64,000 nt of DNA from an uncultured bacterium. Lineage in GTDB: Bacteria; Acidobacteriota; Aminicenantia; UBA2199. Below the pieces are notes generated by a model that did not search any database, was not told the DNA's origin, and saw only the letters and a program-made list of their open reading frames with translations. The stretch lies in contig CBFDCR010000008.1 in the NCBI GenBank assembly GCA_965603365.1, positions 24,531-88,530 on the forward strand, written 5' to 3'. The stretch's first letter is position 1. Every line of letters begins with the position of its first letter. Below, piece by piece: positions 35,601 to 44,705 of this stretch. The position numbers and the translations under genes were made by a program.

Positions 35601-36759
35601 CCCCCAGGTAAAACAGACCCTGGCTGGTGCCCACATACAGTCCGCTGCCGTGACGGGTCACCGAATATACCAGGCCGGGTAAATCGTAGTGATCTTCATC
35701 GTAGACGGCAAGGGGGGATAAATACTCAATTTTTGCCAGCCCCCTATCCAGTGCGGCCCACAAGTTGCCCTGGGCATCCTCGAACACATACTTGGCGTTG
35801 TTATCCGGCAGGCCGACGTCTTTGTCAAACCGGTATTTTATATTCCCCTGGATATCGGTAATAACCAGGCCACCCCGCAGGGTCACCATGGCCAGGTGGC
35901 CCGGCGAGCGGGCTAAGCCGATGCCGTGGCTGGCCCTCTTTTCCTCCAAATAGGCGGCGACTTCGGTGGTAAAAGACCTCACCCCTTTACCGTCATAGAT
36001 GAAGAATCCCTCTTCCCGGGTGCCGATCAGCAATTTTTCCCCGGAACCATCGTAAGGGGCCATCATAAACACCGTCTTTATGGAGGCAAAGCGTTCACCC
36101 CCGGGGATGAGGCTGAAGGAATCGTTGTCCAGTTGCAGGAGCCCCACACTGCGCTGGTTGATGAAGTATTTTTCCCCGCAGGTAAAGGAGCCGTTGAATT
36201 TGTCCGCTTTTCCCTGTTTCGCTGCCAATGCCACCGTCATCTGCTGCCGTGCCGGGTGCCAGCGGAATAAATAGCGGGAGGTTCTAAAGAAGACGCCGTC
36301 GGCGATGGCGTGGGTCTTCCAGACGCTGCCGAAATTTCTCTTACCCCGATCAATATGTGCCAGCAGGGAGATATACTCCAACTGCCCCTGGGGGGACGGT
36401 TCCAGGTATCCCAGCTCGTCGACGCCGCCCACAAAGATGGTCCCGGCATCATCGACGGCTATGGAGCGGGCCGTCTGGTTGGGTATCATGATGGTTCTCC
36501 AGGATACGCCGTCGTACTCCAGTACGCCGCCATGGTTGGCCGCATACATGATGCCCCGCCGGTCCTGGACGATGCACCAGTTCTGGGGCTGGAGTATGTA
36601 GACTTCCGGGGAATAGTTCTTAAAATATTTCAAGCCGGGGGCCTCTCCATATAGAGAGCCGCAGCCGACGGTTCCCCAGATTAACCCCACCAACAGGCAT
36701 GTCCCTAAAACAGCCGCTTTTCCCGGCCGCTCCCGTCGTGTTTGAACAACTCTATCCAT
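32623..36759 (-). CDS. Hybrid two-component sensor kinase / response regulator (propeller, Y_Y_Y, HisKA, HATPase, REC, AraC HTH)
   Basis: YTNLDAGTYTF, PPWYLTWWA TM, ISHEFRTPL, DTGIGI, GSGIGL, VVEDN/DIMMP/KPF, VAFEVGFSSSAYF. Confidence 0.95.
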   Translation of the reverse strand: MDRVVQTRRERPGKAAVLGTCLLVGLIWGTVGCGSLYGEAPGLKYFKNYSPEVYILQPQNWCIVQDRRGIMYAANHGGVLEYDGVSWRTIMIPNQTARSIAVDDAGTIFVGGVDELGYLEPSPQGQLEYISLLAHIDRGKRNFGSVWKTHAIADGVFFRTSRYLFRWHPARQQMTVALAAKQGKADKFNGSFTCGEKYFINQRSVGLLQLDNDSFSLIPGGERFASIKTVFMMAPYDGSGEKLLIGTREEGFFIYDGKGVRSFTTEVAAYLEEKRASHGIGLARSPGHLAMVTLRGGLVITDIQGNIKYRFDKDVGLPDNNAKYVFEDAQGNLWAALDRGLAKIEYLSPLAVYDEDHYDLPGLVYSVTRHGSGLYVGTSQGLFYLGAAEDKFRPVAGIASACWSLLSTDKSLLAATDVGIFQIEGSSIRDISGIHALVLHRSRQDPNRIWAGMRDTLIALYRDPNRAEIRWPVEYQYKEVDQQVRSIAEDRQGRLWLGVLPSGVIKVDFAGIGNTSDYRITRYGAAQKLPPGEIQVCWAGGHVMFATANGVFRYDDEKDTMTADDTLGKEFSGGLRKVFRVREDRQRSIWLHANGQNYRAVLQPNHTYAVEEKPLARIPVSAQVNDIYPDPLDKVTWFASHEGLIRYSPGVTKDYEQEYYAVIRRVSVNGAPQFHDFRIAPAASHPLPVFDYKNRNLRFEFAAPFFEDESRTRYRCLLEGYDRHWSDWQRANQVDYTNLDAGTYTFRVSARNVYGLLSREAIFRFKVRPPWYLTWWAFVLYVLLFFLTVFLSVRWRSMKLKLEKQKLEQVVKERAREIHEKNQKLEKQTRLLIDQAEKLKELDHAKSRFFANISHEFRTPLTLIIGPLERLLSGHLPEETKNRLDLMHQNAHRLLTLINRLLDLSRIDSGKMKLTAAPQDIVSFLRGILSSFEHLARQSGLNLRFQGPAEPITLYFDAEKMEEIFGNLLSNAVKFTPDGGDIVVSVKQVMEPGEDFPAGSLEISVRDTGIGIAKEQLAHIFDRFYQVESHESYRRKHKRSGSGIGLALTRELVALHHGKIDVHSKEGGEDSGSEFILRFPLGKAHLQPDDIAAESPGTGGYERIQAGAVLEEEIPGECGESRQDTGRPTVLVVEDNPQMRRFIRESIESRYTVVEAEDGRAGIHQALEAMPDLIVSDIMMPEVDGYELCRTLKTDFKTSHIPIILLTAKASQGSQIQGLETGADDYITKPFNTRLLLSRIKNLIDLRRQLQEKIQRQMLLQPEEIKISSIDQRFLKQLHKIIEKELSDPDLNVEALSEKMDISRVTLNKKILALSGETATDFIRSYRLKRAVRLLEANFGTVTDVAFEVGFSSSAYFTRCFREKFHRLPSVYLGKATI

Positions 36760-36968
36760 TCTTCACACTCTCTACCTTTTTTAATAAACCATTTTAAAAG
36801 AATTCTCTTCTTATTTCAATAGGCCCCCTTCCTGAAGACGAGCGGGGCGGCAGAAAGGGTTAGGGGGTGATATAGCGGTAACTGGCTACTTTGCCGTTTT
36901 TCAGTTTAACCATCACCGGGGTAAGGACGCTGTGGATGTGCTCGTAGAAGTCCACTCTTTTCAACCGT

Positions 36969-38033
36969 TCACTTTTTGTCTTTTTCATCTTTAAACCGGT
37001 AGATGTTGATGACCGCCTCGTCCGCCTCTTCATCATAGCTGGGATTGCCGTTTCTGAAAAAGTAATATTTGCCGTCACGGGAAGCCAGCAGGAGATCGTC
37101 GGTGAAAACCGTTCGTTCCAGTTTGAAATTGTCGGCGTTGTAAAACAGCAGGGCGAATCTCTTCAGCTTTTCAGAGCAAGTCCTGATCTGTATCACCAGC
37201 CAGTGGCCCTCGATCAAGGCATTGACGATACGGGAATAACTGGTCTTCCAGAAGTACTGTTCTTTACGGAAATCTGCGGTGCTGCCAGGTTGGAATTTTC
37301 CCGGTAAGGAGTAGTGATCTTTGGGCATGGGCTTGTAATAGTCTGGGGTCTCCAATTGTACCTCTCTTTCTACCTTCAACTCTGTGGGAGAGATGATCCT
37401 CAGGTGCAGCCTGTTTTCAATCAGGAAATAAACCTTGTTTTTATACAAAGCCAGATAGGAATCCATGCGGTGGTATTTATTGGGCCTGGGAAAGACCTCC
37501 TCCACCATGTTTTTAATAAATTTCCCTTCGGACGAATATACCTTGAGGTAATATACCTTGAACTCTTTACTTTTGGGGCCATAATAGCTTCCGAAGCCGG
37601 AAAAGTACCACTTCTCATCATAAAATAGACTGTCATATACAGCAAATGCCCTATGGCCCATCTGTTTCCAGATGGTTTTTTTCCAGGTATATTTGCCGTT
37701 TTTCTTTTCAAATACCTTGAGCTTGCCGACGGCGCCTTCCACCACCAGATCGTTGTTATCGAGTATAAATATGGTATAGTATCCGTCCAGGTCTCCAGGT
37801 CCCTGGCCGTAAGGCCCCAGTTCGTTTATGCCCTTAGCATTAATGACCATGCAGCCGGGTATGGAAAAACCGGCAACCAAATCGCCGTCTTTGTCCACCG
37901 CGGCATCGAAAAAATACCTGCCAAAGATCTGGTCCCCGGTGTATTTTTGAATCAATTCAAATCTTTTTTCACCATAAACAAAACCGCTCAATACAAAGAT
38001 GATCAAAAGTGAGGATACGAGACATCGTTTCAT
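36969..38033 (-). CDS. Secreted 6-bladed beta-propeller-like protein
   Basis: Signal peptide MKRCLVSSLLIIFVLSGFVYG after an AAGGAG SD; GPYGQGPGDL NHL-like blade motif. Confidence 0.7.
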   Translation of the reverse strand: MKRCLVSSLLIIFVLSGFVYGEKRFELIQKYTGDQIFGRYFFDAAVDKDGDLVAGFSIPGCMVINAKGINELGPYGQGPGDLDGYYTIFILDNNDLVVEGAVGKLKVFEKKNGKYTWKKTIWKQMGHRAFAVYDSLFYDEKWYFSGFGSYYGPKSKEFKVYYLKVYSSEGKFIKNMVEEVFPRPNKYHRMDSYLALYKNKVYFLIENRLHLRIISPTELKVEREVQLETPDYYKPMPKDHYSLPGKFQPGSTADFRKEQYFWKTSYSRIVNALIEGHWLVIQIRTCSEKLKRFALLFYNADNFKLERTVFTDDLLLASRDGKYYFFRNGNPSYDEEADEAVINIYRFKDEKDKK

Positions 38034-38086
38034 TCCAGACTCCTTTTTTATAGATAAACACAACAAGGCTCTTCATGTATTATTTA

Positions 38087-38269
38087 TTAGTTTATTCGAC
38101 CGCACCAGCAATATGGCGGCCAATAATCACAAATACAGGCGGGTAATCCCATTGGGCCCTCAACATCGAATCCAGGGGCATAGCCGATACCGGCTTTAAC
38201 TGGCCAATATATTAAAACTACCAGAACGGCCAGCAAAGCAATGATCAGGATGATCTTTTTCTTTTTCAC
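38087..38269 (-). CDS. Small secreted Cys-rich peptide (60 aa)
   Basis: AAGGAGGT SD, then GTG at 38269: MKKKKIILIIALLAVLVVLIYWPVKA-GIGYAPGFDVEGPMGLPACICDYWPPYCWCGRIN. Confidence 0.7.
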   Translation of the reverse strand: MKKKKIILIIALLAVLVVLIYWPVKAGIGYAPGFDVEGPMGLPACICDYWPPYCWCGRIN

Positions 38270-38915
38270 GACACCTCCTTTTGCGCTTTCTTTAAATCGT
38301 TTAGGGTTTCCTTGTATATGAATTTGGAAAGAGCCTTGTTGTGTTCTTTCCATTGTTGGATATAAATATAGTTTCTATTTAGCCGCAGCATGGTAAATTT
38401 TACCATTTCCAATTTTTTGTTGTCAAGCTCATCCGGCACATCGTTAAGTTCTGCCCATTGCCAGCAAGATAAAAAAACGGTACACCCGAAAAGTCTCTCT
38501 ATAAATATTTGCCTACCTGTGATTCAAAAACTAAAAAGAGATCGAGGCGACCCTCTCGTTTGCCGTTAATCTTACCGCCGAGGACATCAAGTCATTGTAC
38601 CTGCTGGGAGACAAATCCCTGGCCTTTACGGTGTTGCGGGCTGCGATGCCATTGCCGAGGATCTGGGCAAGAGGTTTGATTATGCCCGGGAATCTGAGAA
38701 GACTGAGGAAGAGGACACAGAGGCCGAAGTTATAGAGCCGCAGCGAAAAGTGATGATCTTAATTGGGATTAAAAGGCAGGAGAACCGGGAACGGCGACGG
38801 CAGTGCGGGGAATTAGGGGGAAGGCACTGTGAGGCTGCGAATGAAGCTGGAAAAGAGGTGGTGGACAAAACTCTTTGCAAGTGAAACTTTTTGAAAAAAA
38901 TAGAGTATTTTTTAT

Positions 38916-41135
38916 ATGAAGATTCTATCACTCCTGTTTATTGTTTTGATTTTCATTTACGCGGTACATGGTGAAGCCGAAACAACGGTAAAACAAACCA
39001 TCAGAGTGTTGAAACCGGTTGTGGCAAAGGTCCCCCCCCAAATTGACGGCCTCCTGGATGACGAGGTCTGGAAGGCGGGGCCGCTGGTGGATGATATTTT
39101 TATCACCTATAATCCCCTGGACGGCGATGTGCTGCCCCAGAAGACCCAGGTCTGGATGGCCTACGATCCGGACAACCTCTATTTTGCTTTTTACTGTTTC
39201 GATACAGAGGCGGCGAAGATCAAGACGTCGGTCACCAAGAGGGATAACCTGTGGAATGACGATTGGGTGGGCCTGGGGTTAGATGCCAACGGCAATCGGC
39301 AGAGCCTTTATGAACTCTTTGTAAATCCCAGCGGTATGCAGGGGGACTTATTTAATACCCCGGCCAGCGGTGAAAACGGTGCGCCGGACTGGGTGTGGTA
39401 CAGCTCTGGCCAGGTCGTCGACGACGGCTACATTGTCGAAATCAAGCTCCCCCTCAAGAGCATTCGGTTTAAGAGCGGTAAGGATGTCGGGTTAAATGTG
39501 CTGTTCTGGCGGAGGATCAGCCGCCTGGGCATGAGTGGTGCCTGGCCGGCCATCGATCCGGGCCAGGGGATAATCAATTCAACCACAAAGGTTGTTTACG
39601 GGAAGCTGGATCATCAATTAAAACTCGAGTTCCTGCCCTCCCTGACCTACAACTCTATCTGGGACAGGCAAAGCCCGGCAGCCTGGTCCGCCCCGGACGA
39701 TACGGCGGAAATCGGCCTCAGCGCCAAATATGGTATTACGTCCTCCATTACCGTGGAGGCAACCGTAAATCCCGATTTCAGCCAGGTGGAGAGCGATGAG
39801 TTCCAGGTGGTGGCGAACCGCAGATATCCCATTTTCTACAGTGAGAAGCGGCCGTTTTTCATGGAGGCCGGCGACCTGTTCGACCTGGCGGGACCCGGTG
39901 AAAACATGCTGACTACCGTACATACCCGCAAGATCGTCGACCCGGCCTGGGGGGCCAGGCTGACCGGCGAAATCGGCAAGACTTCCTTTGGCTTTTTAGC
40001 AGCCGGTGACGAATGGGCGGGACGGGAGTTTGAGGCCGGCGAGATCAATCCCTACCGGGGGAAAAACGCCGACTTCCGGATAGGCCGGGGAAAGCTCAGC
40101 CTGGGGGACGGCAATTACATCGGGGCCCTCTACAGCGGCCGCGAACTGGGGGACCAATATAACCGGGCAATCGGGACCGATCTTACCTTTCGCTTCTGGG
40201 GGAACCATGCCCTGGAGGCGAGCTATATCTACAGCTTTTCCAATGATCCGGCCGGTGTCGGCAAGTATGAAGGCGGGGCCTTGAGCGCAGAATATAATTA
40301 TTCTACCCGCTCCTTTTATGGAGAGTTGGTGGTCGAGCATTTCGCCAGGGACTTCAGGATGGACACGGCTTTTTATAACCGTACCGGTATTGCCTCGGTG
40401 GAGGCCTACCTGTCGCCGAGGTTTTTCCCCAACAAAGAGAAGCTCCCCTGGTTTCATCGATTTGCCCCCTATATTTACGCTTCTCACCTGCACGATACGG
40501 TTACCAAGATGGACGACAACGACCTTATGATCGGGGTGGATTCACAATTTACCAAACAGGGATACCTTTCCCTCTATTACAAAATAATCGACGAGGAAAG
40601 CTGGGCTGGCCAGACCTTCAGGAAAGGGGGGATCGGCGGCAGCACGGGCATCCAGTTGAGCAAATGGCTCAACCTGCACACCTGCTTCGATCTGGACAAA
40701 CAGATATATTACGATAAGGAAAACCCTTTCTCAGGAGACCGGTTTCGGCTTCATACGGCCATTACGCTTCAGCCCAACGACAAATTCTCTCAATACTTCT
40801 CTTACGGGTATACCGATTTTGACCGCCATTCTAACGGCGAGGATATTTATGATTATCATATATTCCTATCCCGTACCACCTACCAATTTAACAAGTACCT
40901 ATTCATAAGGGCCTTAATCCAATATGACAGCTACCAGGAGATGGTGCTGTCGGATCTTTTGGCCTCATTTACCCTCATCCCCGGCACGGTCGTACACCTG
41001 GGTTACGGTTCATTGCATGAGAACCGGCAGTGGAACCCCCTCAGACGGGAGTGGGAAGCGAATATTGGCCCGGGAAAATACTACCAGACCACCCAGAGTT
41101 TTTTCTTAAAGGTCAGCTACCTGATCTCCTTCTAA
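38916..41135 (+). CDS. CBM9-like sugar-binding domain plus DUF5916-like outer-membrane protein
   Basis: Signal peptide; PQIDGLLDDEVW, NPSGMQGD, NPDFSQVESD and EKRPFFME motifs; C-terminal FLKVSYL. Confidence 0.8.
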   Translation: MKILSLLFIVLIFIYAVHGEAETTVKQTIRVLKPVVAKVPPQIDGLLDDEVWKAGPLVDDIFITYNPLDGDVLPQKTQVWMAYDPDNLYFAFYCFDTEAAKIKTSVTKRDNLWNDDWVGLGLDANGNRQSLYELFVNPSGMQGDLFNTPASGENGAPDWVWYSSGQVVDDGYIVEIKLPLKSIRFKSGKDVGLNVLFWRRISRLGMSGAWPAIDPGQGIINSTTKVVYGKLDHQLKLEFLPSLTYNSIWDRQSPAAWSAPDDTAEIGLSAKYGITSSITVEATVNPDFSQVESDEFQVVANRRYPIFYSEKRPFFMEAGDLFDLAGPGENMLTTVHTRKIVDPAWGARLTGEIGKTSFGFLAAGDEWAGREFEAGEINPYRGKNADFRIGRGKLSLGDGNYIGALYSGRELGDQYNRAIGTDLTFRFWGNHALEASYIYSFSNDPAGVGKYEGGALSAEYNYSTRSFYGELVVEHFARDFRMDTAFYNRTGIASVEAYLSPRFFPNKEKLPWFHRFAPYIYASHLHDTVTKMDDNDLMIGVDSQFTKQGYLSLYYKIIDEESWAGQTFRKGGIGGSTGIQLSKWLNLHTCFDLDKQIYYDKENPFSGDRFRLHTAITLQPNDKFSQYFSYGYTDFDRHSNGEDIYDYHIFLSRTTYQFNKYLFIRALIQYDSYQEMVLSDLLASFTLIPGTVVHLGYGSLHENRQWNPLRREWEANIGPGKYYQTTQSFFLKVSYLISF

Positions 41136-41155
41136 TAAATACCCTCTCTACTTTT

Positions 41156-42907
41156 CTATTTTTTCTCCAGTTTTTTCAGTATCTCCTTGCCATTGTCGTT
41201 TTGGGGATTCAGTTCCAGGGACTTTTTATAATTTTTGATGGCCAACTTCTTATTTCCCGCGGTCATGTAGGCTTCCGCCAGGCTGTCGTAGGTATTCCAG
41301 GCCTCGGGGTAAAATTCCACATTCAATTTGAAAACTTCAATGGCGGCTTTCACCTTTTTTCTCTGCAGCAGTTCATAGCCAAACCGGTTCAGCATCGCCT
41401 CCTTCAGTTCCTCCCGGTTACTCTTCCAGAAGCTGCGGCACTGCCTGACCATCCCCACAATACCATTTTCCATCAGGGATTGCTCCAGGACTATGGTATA
41501 GCGGGCCTCCCTCTCCCAGGGGAAGGCGGCGGGGTTTCGCTTAAGGGCCTGTTGATAATTTTCCCCGGCCAATTTTTTGTTTCCCTGCCGGGCGTAGGCC
41601 CCGCCCAGGTTGTGGTAGACCATCCAGTGCTGTGGGTGCTCGTTTACGTTGATCTTGAAGACCTCGATGGCCTCCTTCAGCTTGCCGGCCAACATGAGCC
41701 GGTTGGCCAGCATATCCAGCTCTTCCCGGTCGATATAATAGGTCTCCGGGTTTCCGGATTTGGCCTGCTGAAAGTCGGTGACGGCTGCCCCGATGCCCTC
41801 TTTTTCGATTGCCTGTTCCAGGCGTTCCGCCAGGGATTGGCGGATGTTTGTTAGACTGTCGGACTCCTTTTGGGGCTTAAGGCTGCCGGAATCGATCAAT
41901 TTTACCGACAGTTCCAGCACCCTGTCCGTCTTATTTTCAATATCCGCCTTTGAATTGGTCTGCCTTAAGTCCGGCGGTATGCCGATGCCCTCCCAGCAGA
42001 AGCCGTTCTGATCCGTAAACAATTTATAGGAAACCGAAAATCCCCAGCCGTTGGGAAGTTGATCCCGGTAGACATCGGCGTAACAGCCGGAGGTAAAATC
42101 TCCCAGCACGGTGACATGGGGGATGACCCGCATGGCCAGGGTGAAATTGTCGGCTGCGCTGACCGAGTGGCGGTGGGTCAGGAGAATCACCGTTTTGTTG
42201 AATTGGTGCGGCCCGTCCGGTTCTACATACCAGTACCGGGGTGGGGTGAAGTCGTCGTGATTCTTGCCGCTGCGAATACGGGTGATCATATACAACCGTT
42301 TGCGGTCGGCAAAGCGATCGGCAATCAGTTTACCCACCCGGTCGTCGCCGCCGCCATTTTGCCGCACATCCACCACTATTCCCCGGGCCTCCTTGAACTC
42401 CTCGATGATCTCATCGATGGCTTCCCGGCTCTGTTCCAGGAATCCGAAGCCCCGGAAATGGAAATAACCGATGGTATCGCTGAGCCAGCCGTAGGTAAAA
42501 ATATTTCTCACCCCGGTCTTAAATTTCTCCTTTAAATATTTGCTCTTAATGAGGTCGAGGGAAAAATCCTCCATTTTCAGGTCCCTCAAGATACCGGAGG
42601 TAAAGCGTTTTTGGGGCGTGATCAGTCGGACATGGTTGTCGTTCAGATGGCCCAGCATGTTTGACATGACGGTAAACAGTTCATCCTCGGTTGTCCGGGG
42701 CGTCACCTGTGGACGGTAGATTTTGTACAGGGCGTCCCAATCCACCCGTTTGGCACCAAAAATAGCGTAGTTCCGGTCAAAGGTTTTCCATAAATGTTCA
42801 AAGTTCTCTTCCGGGTCGTTGTTTGCCTGGGCATTCAGTTCAACATTTGTTTGAATCCCCACCAAAAAGATACCAAGAGTCAATAAAAAAATCAGTTTTT
42901 TCATCAC
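41156..42907 (-). CDS. S41-family peptidase with C-terminal TPRs
   Basis: Signal peptide; VDVRQNGGG, SVSAADNF (catalytic Ser), EGIGIPPD; TPRs such as NTYDSLAEAY. Confidence 0.9.
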   Translation of the reverse strand: MMKKLIFLLTLGIFLVGIQTNVELNAQANNDPEENFEHLWKTFDRNYAIFGAKRVDWDALYKIYRPQVTPRTTEDELFTVMSNMLGHLNDNHVRLITPQKRFTSGILRDLKMEDFSLDLIKSKYLKEKFKTGVRNIFTYGWLSDTIGYFHFRGFGFLEQSREAIDEIIEEFKEARGIVVDVRQNGGGDDRVGKLIADRFADRKRLYMITRIRSGKNHDDFTPPRYWYVEPDGPHQFNKTVILLTHRHSVSAADNFTLAMRVIPHVTVLGDFTSGCYADVYRDQLPNGWGFSVSYKLFTDQNGFCWEGIGIPPDLRQTNSKADIENKTDRVLELSVKLIDSGSLKPQKESDSLTNIRQSLAERLEQAIEKEGIGAAVTDFQQAKSGNPETYYIDREELDMLANRLMLAGKLKEAIEVFKINVNEHPQHWMVYHNLGGAYARQGNKKLAGENYQQALKRNPAAFPWEREARYTIVLEQSLMENGIVGMVRQCRSFWKSNREELKEAMLNRFGYELLQRKKVKAAIEVFKLNVEFYPEAWNTYDSLAEAYMTAGNKKLAIKNYKKSLELNPQNDNGKEILKKLEKK

Positions 42908-42914
42908 AATCTCC

Positions 42915-43927
42915 TTATATTTTGAAAGAGAGGCCCAGTTTGAGGCGGAAGCCGGAGAGGTCGAGGTCGAAATCTTCGGCGGCGCCAGCCAGGCCGTCGT
43001 AGTAGACCGTGGGTCTATGAAATTGGAACTGGCCCCAGTAGACCTGGGCCTTGACCGCCTCCATGACCCAATCGCCCTGCCAGTAGCCGTTGTAGCTTTC
43101 GTGCCGCCACTCTATCCCCTGGAAGTGAAGGCAGGTGGCAAACAGCGGGCCGCCGCCCAAAAAGCCCTCCAGTTGCCAGACACCTCTGGACCGGGTGGTC
43201 AGATGAAGACCCACCATGGGGGCATAACCCTTGACCGACAGGGTGTAGTCGAAATAGCGCCAGTCGTCGCGGTACTGGTCGTAAAACCGGAGGTAATCGT
43301 AGCGCACGGCCCGCACCTCCACATCGTTAATCGTCCTGGTCCGGTACTGCACATCCTCGGCCGGGACGACCACGAAAAACAGCGTGTAGGAGGCCACCTC
43401 CCGTTCGCTGTCCAGCACCCAGGCCTGAACCGGCCCGGACACCGGTTCCACCAGACCGGAGCCGAGGCAGCGGAAAGGGCTGCTGCCGTGCACGTTGATG
43501 AAGATCCGGTGCCGGGCCAGTTCGTGGGGGGTGTTGAGGGTGGGAAATATCTCTTCATTGCCGATTCCCTCGATATCGTTGACATCCGGCGAAAACCGGG
43601 GGTAACCCTGGGGTAAATCCAGGCGGTAGGTCATCTCTATGGTATGATCCATATTTTCGGCGGGGTGCCGCTGAAATTCCAGGGCCTTCTGGCTGGAGCC
43701 GTCGAACTCGACGATCCGGACGTCAGCCGGATCGGCAAAATCCAGAACTTCGCCGTCCAGGCGGATCAGGTGGAGGGGCTGGCCGCGAACCGCCGGGTCG
43801 AAGTGGATCAGCGGCTGCGTCTGGCCGGGTCGCATCTGGAAGGTCACCTCTGCCGGGCCGGGTCACAGGCGGCAAACAGCGCCAGCACCAGGCCCACGGC
43901 TACACATAGGGTTTTTAATATTCTCAT
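42915..43927 (-). pseudogene. Predicted lipoprotein gene with a single-base frameshift after the signal peptide (or sequencing error)
   Basis: ATG at 43927 gives MRILKTLCVAVGLVLALFAA-C-DPARQR*. One extra C in the CCC run (43855-43857) joins this to the 310-aa ORF for a 337-aa product. Confidence 0.65.
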
Positions 43928-44054
43928 TGTCCTCACTCCAGGATGGTTATGTCTCATGACTTTACCTGTATTAATATACTGCTGTCGGCCCAAAAAGTTT
44001 TTTTGGCCCCACACCATTAAACAACCGATCCCCCCTCCCGGTTGACCTATTCAC

Positions 44055-44083
44055 TTGCTTTTTTAGGCCGGATCGTGGATAAT
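44055..44083 (+). promoter_or_regulatory. Putative sigma70 promoter
   Basis: TTGCTT, 17 bp, GATAAT, followed by an AGGAGG SD before ATG 44107. Confidence 0.5.
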
Positions 44084-44106
44084 GAAGGTATAGGAGGAAT
44101 CGAGAA

Positions 44107-44661
44107 ATGAAAAGAATCTTTTGGGTTTTGACATGGATTTCAGTGGTTTTTATCTTTTTTCCCTCTCTTTTATGGGGCGGGCAGCCGGGGGAGTTAAAAT
44201 TGGAAACTAAGGAGGTGGCGGCCGGGCCATTTCCTGCCAGAGAGGAGGCGCTGAAGAAATATGGAGGCCGGTTGCCGGAGGACCTGGAGATCGTGGAGAC
44301 CGATATGAGACGAATGGAGCCTGGCTATTATGTGGTGAAGGTCGATTCTCTGATAACGACCTCAGACCTCGAGAGGGTGATGAAGACCCAGGATCAGTGG
44401 GGCCAGCCAGCCATTGCCCTGACATATACCGACGAGGCCGCCGGAAGAATGAAGCGATATACGGCCCAAAATATCGGTAAAAAATTGGCCCTCCTTCTGG
44501 ACCATAAGATTGTGCTGGCGGCTACTATCCAGGATGTGATTTCCAGAGATGCCGTCATAGCCGGCAGGTTTACCAGCGAAGAGATGGATCAAATCGTCAG
44601 CCAGTTGAGATCGACCATACTTCGCCAACACCGGCAAGAGAATCCCCATCGGCCTGAATGA
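44107..44661 (+). CDS. Stand-alone SecDF periplasmic head-subdomain protein
   Basis: Signal/TM; GQPAIALTYTDEAA, TAQNIGKKLALLLD and AVIAGRFTSEE resemble the SecD P1 head. Confidence 0.75.
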   Translation: MKRIFWVLTWISVVFIFFPSLLWGGQPGELKLETKEVAAGPFPAREEALKKYGGRLPEDLEIVETDMRRMEPGYYVVKVDSLITTSDLERVMKTQDQWGQPAIALTYTDEAAGRMKRYTAQNIGKKLALLLDHKIVLAATIQDVISRDAVIAGRFTSEEMDQIVSQLRSTILRQHRQENPHRPE

Positions 44662-44705
44662 GTCAATGAAGCGGCTGTTGACAGCAAGGGGACGACAGCG
44701 ATCTC

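Noticed and set aside
29290-36654. Many long antisense or alternative-frame ORFs in the GC-rich region
   Set aside because: Shadow ORFs of well-supported genes, with low-complexity Arg/Pro/Gly composition and no motifs.
38440-38900. Possible pseudogene on the + strand (KEIEATLSFAVNLTAEDIKSLYLLGD...)
   Set aside because: It looks coding-like but is broken, and no family was recognised; needs tBLASTx.
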